Shown here one piece after another: positions 18,553 through 27,295 of a stretch of 64,000 bases of DNA. The DNA is taken from assembly GCA_947167935.1 (NCBI GenBank), contig CAMVJU010000006.1, positions 1,750 to 65,749 of the forward strand, read 5' to 3'. Source of the stretch: an uncultured Prevotellaceae bacterium (GTDB taxonomy: Bacteria; Bacteroidota; Bacteroidia; Bacteroidales; Bacteroidaceae). Position 1 is the stretch's first letter; every line of letters begins with the position of its first letter. Under the pieces are notes generated by a model. That model was not told where the DNA came from, did not search any database, and worked only from the letters and a program-made list of their open reading frames with translations. Both the position numbers and the translations under genes were made by a program.

Positions 18553-20814
18553 ATGTCAGCAAACCTGAGATTCCAAGTTGTGGAAGAGGCGTTCAAGAAA
18601 CGCCCCTTGGAGATTGAGGCGCCTAAAGAGCGCCCGTCAGAGTATTTCGGCAAGTATGTCTTCAACCGCGAGAAGATGTACAAGTATCTGCCGAAGGATG
18701 TCTATGAAAAGCTCATCGACGTCATCGACAACGGAGCACGTCTCGACCGCTCCATCGCCGACGCTGTGGCTGCCGGCATGAAGCAGTGGGCACAGGAGAT
18801 GGGCGTCACCCACTACACCCACTGGTTCCAGCCGCTCACCGAGGGCACAGCTGAGAAGCACGACGCCTTCGTCGAGCACGACGGCAAGGGTGGCATGATG
18901 GAAGCCTTCAGCGGCAAGCTCCTCGTGCAGCAGGAGCCCGATGCCAGCTCGTTCCCCAATGGCGGCATCCGCAACACCTTCGAGGCCCGCGGCTATTCCG
19001 CATGGGATCCCACGTCGCCCGTCTTCATCATCGACGACACCCTCTGTATTCCCACCATCTTCATCGCCTATACGGGTGAGGCCCTCGACTACAAGGCACC
19101 CTTGCTGCGAGCCCTCCACGCCGTCGACAAAGCCGCCACCGACGTCTGCTCGCTGTTCTACGACAACGTGACCAAGGTGCAGGTCAACCTCGGCTGGGAG
19201 CAGGAATACTTCCTCGTCGACGAAGGCCTCTACAGCGCCCGTCCCGACCTCATGCTCACCGGCCGCACCCTGATGGGTCATGAGAGCGCCAAGAACCAGC
19301 AGATGGACGACCACTATTTCGGCACCATTCCCGACCGTGTGCAGGCCTTTATGAAGGACTTGGAGATACAGGCCCTCGAGCTGGCCATCCCCTGCAAGAC
19401 ACGACACAACGAGGTGGCTCCCAACCAGTTCGAGCTCGCTCCCATCTTCGAGGAGTGCAACCTCGCCGTCGACCACAACATGCTGCTCATGTCGCTGATG
19501 AAGAAGGTGGCGCGCAAGCACGGTTTCCGTGTGCTGCTCCACGAAAAGCCCTTCGACGGCATCAACGGCTCAGGCAAGCACAACAACTGGAGCCTCACTG
19601 CCGACAACGGCACGCTGCTCTATGCCCCTGGCAAGACCGACGCCAACAATCCTGAGGCCGCAGCCAACGAAACGCTGCGTTTCGTCACCTTCATCGTCGA
19701 GACGCTCATGGCCGTCTACAAGCACAACGGCCTGCTCAAGGCCAGCATCATGTCGGCCACCAACGCCCACCGCTTGGGAGGCAACGAGGCACCACCAGCC
19801 ATCATCAGCTCCTTCCTCGGAAAATATGTCTCGGAGCTCCTCGATAGTATTGAGCAAACCTCGCACCTCGCACCTCGTACCTCGCACCTCGCACGCGAGA
19901 TTGACATCCCGCAGATTCCCGACATCATCGTCGACAATACCGACCGCAACCGCACCTCGCCCTTCGCCTTCACCGGCAACCGCTTCGAGTTCCGTGCCCC
20001 TGGCTCCAGCATCAACTGTGCATCGGCCATGATAGCCCTCAACACCGCAGTGGCCGAGGCCCTCACGTCGTTCAAGCGCCGTGTCGACGAGCGGATGGCC
20101 GAGTATGCCGTGCGTCCGGAGTTCGCTTTGGGCGAGGGCCACACCGCCAAGTATCACGCCATCATCGACGTGCTGCGCGACGACATCAAGACCAGCCGTC
20201 CCGTGCGCTTCGACGGCAACGGCTACAGCGACGAGTGGGTGCAGGAGGCAGCACGCCGCGGATTGGACGTCGAGAAGTCCTGTCCCGTCATCTTCGAGCA
20301 CTACCTCGACGATGCCAGCGTCCGTCTCTTCGAGGGCACCAACGTCATGACCCGCAAGGAGCTGGAGGCCCGCAACGAGGTGAAGTGGGAGATGTACGTC
20401 AAGACCGTACAGATAGAGGCCCGTGTCCTTGGCGACCTCGCCATGAACCACATCATCCCCGTCTCCACCCACTATCAGAGCCAGCTCATCAAGAACGTGC
20501 AGGGCATGAAGGACATCTTCTCCTGTCAACAGCCAACTGCCGACAAAGCCCTCCGCCTCTCTGCCCGCAATATGAAGCTCATTGAGGAAATTGCCGAGCG
20601 CACAGAGCGCATTGAGCAGCTCGTTGAGGAGCTTACCGAGGCCCGTCGTGTGGCCAACCGCATCCAGGGCATCCATCAGCGGGCCATCGCCTATCACGAC
20701 ACCGTCTGTCCCCACATGCAGGCCATCCGCAACGAGGCCGACCACCTCGAGATGATCGTCGAGGACGGCCTCTGGACCCTCCCCAAGTATCGCGAGCTGC
20801 TCTTCATCAGATAA
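18553..20814 (+). CDS. glnA: Glutamine synthetase type III
   Basis: HWFQPLT, EPDASSFPNGG, GWEQEYF, HNEVAPNQFE, NGSGKHNNW, DRNRTSPFAFTGNRFEFR. Confidence 0.95.
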   Translation: MSANLRFQVVEEAFKKRPLEIEAPKERPSEYFGKYVFNREKMYKYLPKDVYEKLIDVIDNGARLDRSIADAVAAGMKQWAQEMGVTHYTHWFQPLTEGTAEKHDAFVEHDGKGGMMEAFSGKLLVQQEPDASSFPNGGIRNTFEARGYSAWDPTSPVFIIDDTLCIPTIFIAYTGEALDYKAPLLRALHAVDKAATDVCSLFYDNVTKVQVNLGWEQEYFLVDEGLYSARPDLMLTGRTLMGHESAKNQQMDDHYFGTIPDRVQAFMKDLEIQALELAIPCKTRHNEVAPNQFELAPIFEECNLAVDHNMLLMSLMKKVARKHGFRVLLHEKPFDGINGSGKHNNWSLTADNGTLLYAPGKTDANNPEAAANETLRFVTFIVETLMAVYKHNGLLKASIMSATNAHRLGGNEAPPAIISSFLGKYVSELLDSIEQTSHLAPRTSHLAREIDIPQIPDIIVDNTDRNRTSPFAFTGNRFEFRAPGSSINCASAMIALNTAVAEALTSFKRRVDERMAEYAVRPEFALGEGHTAKYHAIIDVLRDDIKTSRPVRFDGNGYSDEWVQEAARRGLDVEKSCPVIFEHYLDDASVRLFEGTNVMTRKELEARNEVKWEMYVKTVQIEARVLGDLAMNHIIPVSTHYQSQLIKNVQGMKDIFSCQQPTADKALRLSARNMKLIEEIAERTERIEQLVEELTEARRVANRIQGIHQRAIAYHDTVCPHMQAIRNEADHLEMIVEDGLWTLPKYRELLFIR
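19858..19894 (+). repeat. (acctcgY)x5 in frame in GSIII
   Basis: Translated TSHLAPRTSHLA. Confidence 0.9.
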
Positions 20815-20840
20815 CAGAAGATTCTCCATACATGACAAAC

Positions 20841-20873
20841 AAAACGCCGAGTCGACATGACCCGGCGCTTTTG
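20841..20873 (+). terminator. Probable intrinsic terminator after GSIII
   Basis: cgccgagtc/gacccggcg stem with one mismatch, followed by a T-rich run. Confidence 0.6.
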
Positions 20874-20885
20874 TTGTTAATTTTG

Positions 20886-20929
20886 GGGGCTTAATGTAAG
20901 GTTGTAAGGTGTAAGGTTGTAAGGTTTGC
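20886..20929 (+). repeat. Island repeat copy 1
   Basis: ggggcttaatgtaaggttgtaaggtgtaaggttgtaaggtttgc; 43/44 identical to 22302-22345; abuts the Fic stop codon. Confidence 0.92.
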
Positions 20930-21829
20930 CTATTCCTCTTGCTCGTAATAATACGAATAGTCGATTCCCTTCATAAAAATCTCGCGATCGTCAATCTTGT
21001 CGGTCATAGCCCCTTGAAGCAACACCTTGATGGCTGTGGCATCAGTCGTACTCTTTCGCATAGCTTCCAGATAATCTTTCTTGTCGATCTTGCTCCAATC
21101 AACACATAGCTTCAGACGCTTCTTGAATAACAGGTCGAGCCAGAGTCGGGTACTGCGCCCATTGCCTTCCATAAAGGGATGAGCCACATTCATCTCTACG
21201 TATTTATTCGCTATCTCATCGAAAGTGTTTTCTGGCATCGCCTCGATGATAGCCAGATTCTTCATCAGATACTCTGCACGACAAAACAGCGTGCCATCCT
21301 TCCAAATAGTCTTCGTTCGAATCTGACCGGCAAAGTCGTAAAGTCCTCCAAACAGATAGGCGTGAATCTGCTTGAGGCACTCTACTGTTCCTGGCTTCAT
21401 ACTATCAAGCAAACCGCTCTCTATGAGTGTATAAGCTTTCTTCTTGCTCTGTCCATCGATGCTGTTGTCACTATAAGTGAACCACTCCAGGAACTTACGG
21501 GCACGGTTGTTAGGATAGTTCTTGGCCAACGTCTGCACACAGTCGGCGTCGAGGGCATCGGCAAAACGCTGTTTGCCATCAGGAGCTTGGAATTTGAAGT
21601 GGTTAGTGACACTAACCAGTTCAACGCCGTCCTTGGCCATTTTTCCTTTCAGGTATTTCCAGTAGTTACGACATTTCTTGTAATCATCCTCGTCATTGAT
21701 GGCACGAACAATGTCGGTAGCCGAGAACCACCACTTGCTGTGCTCCTCGTCCCATACCGCCCGCACCTCTCGGTCATTGAAAAATCGTATCGACTTCTTG
21801 CTCATATCTCGTTTTACATCGGCCATCAT
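20930..21829 (-). CDS. Fic family protein (AMPylase) with BRO-N-like N-terminus
   Basis: HPFMEGNGRSTR Fic motif; VRAVWDEE..WWFS N-domain; ends GIDYSYYYE. Confidence 0.9.
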   Translation of the reverse strand: MMADVKRDMSKKSIRFFNDREVRAVWDEEHSKWWFSATDIVRAINDEDDYKKCRNYWKYLKGKMAKDGVELVSVTNHFKFQAPDGKQRFADALDADCVQTLAKNYPNNRARKFLEWFTYSDNSIDGQSKKKAYTLIESGLLDSMKPGTVECLKQIHAYLFGGLYDFAGQIRTKTIWKDGTLFCRAEYLMKNLAIIEAMPENTFDEIANKYVEMNVAHPFMEGNGRSTRLWLDLLFKKRLKLCVDWSKIDKKDYLEAMRKSTTDATAIKVLLQGAMTDKIDDREIFMKGIDYSYYYEQEE

Positions 21830-21864
21830 ACATCAGTCATCTGCCTTCTATGGATTTCTGCCCA

Positions 21865-21979
21865 CAAAGATAGTGCAAATCGAGCGAAATACCAAAGAAA
21901 AAAACTTTTTTTTCTTTGGATTTCCGAGATGCAGCCTATCTTCGATGAAGTCAGAGATAGTGCAAATCGAGCGAAATAC
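21865..21979. repeat. Hairpin element with 25-bp direct repeat over the Fic promoter
   Basis: agatagtgcaaatcgagcgaaatac at 21868 and 21955; inner inverted repeat ccaaagaaaaaaa/tttttttctttgg. Confidence 0.85.
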
Positions 21980-22087
21980 AAAATATATCTGCAATAATTT
22001 TGCAGTTCCCTTTTTTTGATAAGAGCCGACGAATCGCCAAAAATGCCGACCTTTGCCCCCAGAATTACATTTTAACCCCAGAAGACC

Positions 22088-22195
22088 ATGAGCGAAGAAT
22101 TTGAAAAGTACATATACGAGCCCGGTCGCAACCAGACCGTCGACTCCAACTACCACGTCATCGGCAACGGCAACCTCCTCACCACGTTGCTCTGA
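22088..22195 (+). CDS. Small ORF, 35 aa (peptide or 5' gene fragment)
   Basis: MSEEFEKYIYEPGRNQTVDSNYHVIGNGNLLTTLL; C/G-ending codons; near-consensus GACCTTTG box at 22048-22055. Confidence 0.45.
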   Translation: MSEEFEKYIYEPGRNQTVDSNYHVIGNGNLLTTLL

Positions 22196-22203
22196 TCGAG
22201 GGG

Positions 22204-22272
22204 GCTAATGCCAGAACATGGAGAGGAGAAAAGGCGAGGGCCATCAAGAAGGAACTCAGAGAGATGTGCAAG
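22204..22272 (+). pseudogene. Startless 3' fragment of a small hypothetical gene
   Basis: ANARTWRGEKARAIKKELREM resembles, from memory, the NAxTWRGExAxxIKxEL end of a small mobile-element protein family. Confidence 0.45.
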
Positions 22273-22284
22273 ACACCCCCAATG

Positions 22285-22345
22285 AAAAAAGCCCCGAAAA
22301 AGGGGCTTATTGTAAGGTTGTAAGGTGTAAGGTTGTAAGGTTTGC
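22285..22345 (+). repeat. Island repeat copy 2 (hairpin plus GTAAGGT(T) units)
   Basis: aaaaaagccccgaaaaaggggcttattgtaaggttgtaaggtgtaaggttgtaaggtttgc. Confidence 0.92.
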
Positions 22346-22463
22346 AAAAAAAAACGGGAGGATCAAGAAACCGTCCCATGATTCGCCCGATTGTTAAATA
22401 CTAAAGAAATAATTGAAATGTCGGAGGAAATGAGTACCTTTGTCGGCAAATTGAAGAAAAAAG

Positions 22464-23285
22464 ATGATTCCACAATACAATCTATATAAGAAAGATGTGT
22501 TTGAAGGACTGCTGGAACTGGCTCCCGACAGCTTCGATCTCTGTATAGTTGATCCTCCCTACGGGGCTTCATCTAAGAACAGCTGGGACTATGGCAAGAA
22601 AGAAAGAGTTGCTGGTTTTGGAGGCGAGTGGAATTTGGAGAACGAAGCTTGGGACTTGCTGACACAGAACGAATCTTTCCAGCAGACTTACCTATGGCTG
22701 AAAGAGCTGAAAAGAGTTGTGAAATTGGAAGGGTCGATATGGATTCATTCCACATACCACAACTCAGGCTTTGTTAACGTCTGTTGTCAGTTATTAGGGC
22801 TGGAAATCATCAACGAGATTGCCTGGTTCAAGCGCAATTCATTTCCCAACCTCTCAGGACGACGGCTCACCGCCAGTCACGAAACCATTTTGTGGGTTCA
22901 TAAGGGCGGCGAAAAGAAGAGGAAATACTTCTTCAACTATGAAGCTTCAAAGGCTTTCGCATCCTCTTCGGACATGCTAAAAGAACCCGGCAAGCAGATG
23001 AGAACCGTATGGGATATACCAAACAACAAGTCGAAAGAAGAAATGAAATTCGGCTCGCACCCCACTCAAAAACCCATCAAGGTGTCAGAAAGGATATTGG
23101 CTTTGTGCGGAGTAGAGGGAGGAAATCTGTTGGTCCCGTTTGCAGGCTCTGGCACAGAGATGGTAGCAGGCATCAAATTTGGCATGAACGTTACTGGTTT
23201 TGAAATAGAAGAAGAATACTACAATATTGCCAAGAAAAGACTAGATGAGGCGAAAAACATAAAAGCAACATCGTTATTTGGATGA
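22464..23285 (+). CDS. Amino-DNA methyltransferase, beta class (M1)
   Basis: DPPY precedes HPTQKP and PFAGSGT; -7 box tacctttg at 22435-22442. Confidence 0.93.
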   Translation: MIPQYNLYKKDVFEGLLELAPDSFDLCIVDPPYGASSKNSWDYGKKERVAGFGGEWNLENEAWDLLTQNESFQQTYLWLKELKRVVKLEGSIWIHSTYHNSGFVNVCCQLLGLEIINEIAWFKRNSFPNLSGRRLTASHETILWVHKGGEKKRKYFFNYEASKAFASSSDMLKEPGKQMRTVWDIPNNKSKEEMKFGSHPTQKPIKVSERILALCGVEGGNLLVPFAGSGTEMVAGIKFGMNVTGFEIEEEYYNIAKKRLDEAKNIKATSLFG

Positions 23286-24106
23286 AACCGTTACAACCCG
23301 TTATCAAATGGTCTGGCAGCAAAAGAGTGGTTGCCGAGCAACTGGCTGAGTATTTTCTGCCAGCCAAAACATACTACGAGCCCTTTGTTGGAGGAGGATC
23401 CATGATGCCTTTCTCAAAATCGAATAGAGGTATGGCCAGCGACATCATACCCGAACTGATATCTTTGTGGAAAGAAATCAAGGAGGATCCAGAGAAGGTT
23501 TCGGTAGAGTATGCTGAAAGATGGAAACGTCTGCAGACAGAAGGCTATCAGGTGTATTATGAAATAAGGGACTCTTTTAATGCCACGAGAAACCCTATGG
23601 ACTTTTTATTCCTGACGAGGACCTGTCTGAATGGGATGATACGCTATAACAGCGCAGGTGAGTTTAACAACTCGCTTCACTTGACACGACCAGGCATTGC
23701 CCCTGACAGGTTAGAGATGATAATCAGACAATGGCATAGGTACATTCGCAAGTTTGAATTTCTGAATACTGATTACAGAGAGTGTCTTAAGGATGTAAAG
23801 GCTGGTGACTTTGTGTTTTTAGACCCTCCCTATGGTGGAACAAAAAGCAGATATACGCAGACTCCATTTTCTTTAGATGATTTTTATCAGACACTCGAAG
23901 GACTTAATTCCAAAGGCGTAAATTGGATGCTCACCTTTGACGGTTCATCAGGCGAACGCACATATTCGTTTGCGCCACCCGAAGAGCTTTACAAGGTTAC
24001 ATTCAAAGTGAAGACAGGTAAGTCTGCTTTCAGAAAGGTGATAGACAAGGTACAAGAGGACATACAGGAATCAGTGTATCTGAACTACAAAAGTTCCTTG
24101 TTCTGA
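23282..24106 (+). CDS. Dam-like N6-adenine methyltransferase, alpha class (M2)
   Basis: KWSGSK, EPFVGGGS, FLDPPY; ATGA overlap with M1. Confidence 0.93.
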   Translation: MKPLQPVIKWSGSKRVVAEQLAEYFLPAKTYYEPFVGGGSMMPFSKSNRGMASDIIPELISLWKEIKEDPEKVSVEYAERWKRLQTEGYQVYYEIRDSFNATRNPMDFLFLTRTCLNGMIRYNSAGEFNNSLHLTRPGIAPDRLEMIIRQWHRYIRKFEFLNTDYRECLKDVKAGDFVFLDPPYGGTKSRYTQTPFSLDDFYQTLEGLNSKGVNWMLTFDGSSGERTYSFAPPEELYKVTFKVKTGKSAFRKVIDKVQEDIQESVYLNYKSSLF

Positions 24107-26008
24107 GGCAACCTGTTTCAGGTATGAGACAAGCACAGAGCCGTTGTCGTTTGAATAGAAATGCACAGTAGATACTTCGCCAAACTCAAAAGCGAGAATC
24201 GCATCTAGATTACCACGCTCAAGATGCCGGCTTAACTCTTCGTCGTTCTTATAGAGGAACGCACCAACGGCAACCATTCCATATTCCATTCTTTCAAGAG
24301 TGCCATCGAAGAACTGCCATTCACCATCAGTACGTTGTTTGTAAGCCGTAGGATTGCTATGGAAAAGTTCTCTGATATAATCTTTCAGGCGGGTACCTAT
24401 GTTATCCTCAAGATCTTTGCCTAAACCCTTTGATTCGATAGTAACAAAGAGCAACCTGTCTGCATTAACAATCTGGAAAATGTGGTCAGGGCGTTTACTC
24501 TCCTGCGAAACCCTTGGCAGCGATGTCCATTTATATTCTTTGTCATTTCGGAACAACGAGATTCCAGACCAGTCGCCACCCGGCGGATTGCAGAAACATT
24601 CGTAGATACCTTTATCCCCATGGTGCGACAGAATCTGATGAATTGCACAGTCGGTGTCATGCTCAAAGAATGATACTTCGGGCTTTTGGATGTAGGGGAA
24701 GGTGATGGTGTCGGGTCGCAAGGCATATTTGGTATGTGTGCAGACAAACATCTTCTTCTTACTAGTCGTGCTGTCTACGAGCAAATAGTTGCAGCACACA
24801 AAGATGGCCTGAAACAGTCCATTGCTGTTACATAGCTCTTCTGGTTGCTTAGACAGAAGATCCCATGTGTATTTCGTACCAGGTCCATAAACGACTGCCA
24901 TAATGTTCGCATACTTACCTAACAGCATACGGCAAAGGGGCGACAGCCCTCTGTCAGGACGCGAGTCATCGCCCTTGGGTTTGAAGCCTGTTATCCAGAC
25001 GATTGCAAGGTCTTTCTTCGTATCCAATGCTGGTCTCATTCCACGATAGTTTTTTTTCAGCCAACTCTTGAAAGTAGCCACATTCGCTTTTGGTATGACA
25101 CAGAAAGGCAAGTCTTTTGACGTTATAGGCTTTGCCGACAAAGACTCTATTTCTTCCTTCAGGAGGTTGAATGTCGCAGTAGTGGGAACCTTGCTTGCTG
25201 ATTTCTTCTTCCAGTCAAACTTATCATATCTGGCCAACCACGATGTTCTGTTCTTAGAGTTTAGCAGCGTATTCCATTCCTTGCCGCGAAGCGTATCATG
25301 CCTCATACGTGCTTTCGACAGAATTTTTACGAGTGAGAGAGCCTTGTCTGTAAGAGAAGCTATACATTTGCTTGAGTCTTTACCCAGAAGTATGCACTTG
25401 AGATATTTAAGGCCGTCAGCATATCCAAAAGTATCTTTGTATAGTTTAAGGTTTCCATCAGTGATGGAAGGATGCGCCCGATACACTGGCAGACAGACTC
25501 TGCCCATATCCTTCGACAAAGTAATATACGAAAAGGGAACGGCAGGGTTAGGGTAGCGTGGAGCTTTGGTTCCCCGATTGGCATCCAGCTCAATACCTCC
25601 AATCTCTGCATAATATAAATAAGGAATATTGGCAAATACGCTTGCGAGTGCCCTTCCGTTTCTTTGCCATGCATTATTGCCAGCCGGAAGAGCTGAGCAG
25701 TACTCGACGCCCAATAGGACAAACTCTTTATTATCTTTTACTTCTGTAATATATGAGTCGGCAGATTCCCGAAGTCTTCCGCCTGAATGGTGTACAATAT
25801 CTCCAAGGTCGATGTCGCTCCACCTGCCATGTCCAGACAATAATTCGATTTCAAAGATGCAACTGCCTGTTTCAACCTTGTATTTGGGGAAATAAACAGG
25901 ACACTTTTGCAAAACACATGAGGCGTTTAATGCCTCAACGACCATATTAAGAGTTCTTTCACACTCTACGACGTTGTCTCCATGAATCCTTAGATACCGT
26001 TTATCCAT
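24071..26008 (-). CDS. Type IIS restriction endonuclease, BsmI/Mva1269I-like
   Basis: RIHGDNVVECER, EYCSALPAGNNAWQRNGRA, GFKPKGDDSRPDRG, CNPPGGDWSG, KRPDH...IESK match my recollection of R.BsmI; convergent with two MTases. Confidence 0.82.
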   Translation of the reverse strand: MDKRYLRIHGDNVVECERTLNMVVEALNASCVLQKCPVYFPKYKVETGSCIFEIELLSGHGRWSDIDLGDIVHHSGGRLRESADSYITEVKDNKEFVLLGVEYCSALPAGNNAWQRNGRALASVFANIPYLYYAEIGGIELDANRGTKAPRYPNPAVPFSYITLSKDMGRVCLPVYRAHPSITDGNLKLYKDTFGYADGLKYLKCILLGKDSSKCIASLTDKALSLVKILSKARMRHDTLRGKEWNTLLNSKNRTSWLARYDKFDWKKKSASKVPTTATFNLLKEEIESLSAKPITSKDLPFCVIPKANVATFKSWLKKNYRGMRPALDTKKDLAIVWITGFKPKGDDSRPDRGLSPLCRMLLGKYANIMAVVYGPGTKYTWDLLSKQPEELCNSNGLFQAIFVCCNYLLVDSTTSKKKMFVCTHTKYALRPDTITFPYIQKPEVSFFEHDTDCAIHQILSHHGDKGIYECFCNPPGGDWSGISLFRNDKEYKWTSLPRVSQESKRPDHIFQIVNADRLLFVTIESKGLGKDLEDNIGTRLKDYIRELFHSNPTAYKQRTDGEWQFFDGTLERMEYGMVAVGAFLYKNDEELSRHLERGNLDAILAFEFGEVSTVHFYSNDNGSVLVSYLKQVASEQGTFVVQIH

Positions 26009-26030
26009 ACGTTTACAGAATAAGTCCTTT

Positions 26031-26187
26031 AAAAAGAAAGGACGTGGCAGGATTCAGGTTGCGTACCTAGGCCTTGCACAGCCCACGTCAGACAACAAAT
26101 CATTCTGTCCACGCCCATTGTTTCTTGGCGCAGACACCCTTGTTGTCCTAACTAAACTGACGTTTCTTTTTGTGCAAGTTTAGGTAC
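26031..26187 (-). ncRNA. Candidate structured 5' leader RNA of the endonuclease
   Basis: Four nested complementary pairs: gtaccta/taggtac, cttgcaca/tgtgcaag, acgtcag/ctgacgt, gacaacaa/ttgttgtc. Confidence 0.6.
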
Positions 26188-26298
26188 TTCAGTATAGTCA
26201 AGGATGTCTAAAAAAACAATTGTATTTTTCTCTTGTTACGAACTAGATTAAGTTATTAAATTATAATTTCTTCATTGCATTTGCTGCAAATTTCACCG

Positions 26299-26330
26299 CA
26301 AAAATAGCATTTTTCTCGCAAACTTCCAAA
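26299..26330 (-). promoter_or_regulatory. Promoter for the endonuclease transcript
   Basis: TATTTTTG (-7) at 26299-26306 and TTTG (-33) at 26327-26330, 20-bp spacing. Confidence 0.6.
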
Positions 26331-26631
26331 AAAATCTGCCGAAATTTGTAATTTGTGTTCTCCGAATCTGACATGAACACGTCACTTATCAGGTGATGTC
26401 ACTGGCATTTTGCCTTTGCATCAAACAAGCAGTTCAGATGTATGTCATTTAGTTTACTTTGATAGTTTTCTACCTTCATTGTCCTCGAGAGTTTTTTCGT
26501 TATGTAAGTTCCCAGGGTGCGAGATGACATGTTCTAAAAAGGTTAATTTGATTTAAAACTTTACAGCATAGTATCACTACTGGCTGGAAAGAGGAAAATT
26601 ATTTAAGAGGATCAAAGTCACGTGATCCTTT

Positions 26632-27060
26632 CTATTCTTCCTTTTTACTACTCTCCACAAACACCCTCTGCAGCTCTTCCTTTGGTGGCAGGGCTTTCAG
26701 GAGTTCGGGATCCATTTCATCGGCAGTCTTATAGGTGGCAACACCCATGGGCTGACGAAAGTCCTGCATGATGTATCCGGCATAAAAGAATTCAGCCAAT
26801 GGGAAGTTAGGCAAATTTGCCAATTGCGATTGGCGAATTTCGGCATCATCTGTAAAATCGGCAGTCGCAACTGCCGAATTATGCTGTTCAATCATATGCC
26901 ATTCTTCAAAGAACGTGTGCATGTTCTTGATGTTCCTTGCTGAAAATCCACGAAGTCCTGGCAGTTCCTTGCGCAACTGTTCGCTAATGGTTTCTATTGC
27001 GCCAGTTCCCCAATTCTTCTTCCGGCTGTTTGCCGACACATATCTGCCAATGCCGAAGTT
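26632..27060 (-). pseudogene. YhcG/DUF1016 remnant, 5' truncated and internally deleted
   Basis: FGIGRYVS..WGTGAIETISEQL..GFSARNIKNM is joined directly to the C-tail PMGVATY..LP; the PD-(D/E)XK core is missing. Confidence 0.8.
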
Positions 27061-27186
27061 TCAAATAAATCACTAAAAAAGTGACAACCTTTTTCAGTTA
27101 AGGTCAACCATCTTCGATGCATTGAAATGATTTTTCAGTAATTATTTGGTGGATTCAATAGATATTATTATCTTTGCAACCGAAAA

Positions 27187-27272
27187 GTGTTTATTATAAT
27201 TAACACAAATGACAAAATAATGTTTATGCAGGTAAACACATTTAAATGAATAGTGTTTGTTAAAGATAACAC
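27187..27272. promoter_or_regulatory. Three 20-bp palindromic operator-like sites, 33-bp period
   Basis: RTGTTT-N8-WAACAC at 27187, 27220 and 27253, between the -7 box (27169-27176) and ATG 27296. Confidence 0.75.
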
Positions 27273-27295
27273 ATGTTGTATAAAAACGAGTTGAT

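Noticed and set aside
27187-27272. Mini-CRISPR or type III toxin-antitoxin RNA repeats
   Set aside because: Only the 6-bp half-sites are conserved and the cores differ, which fits operators better.
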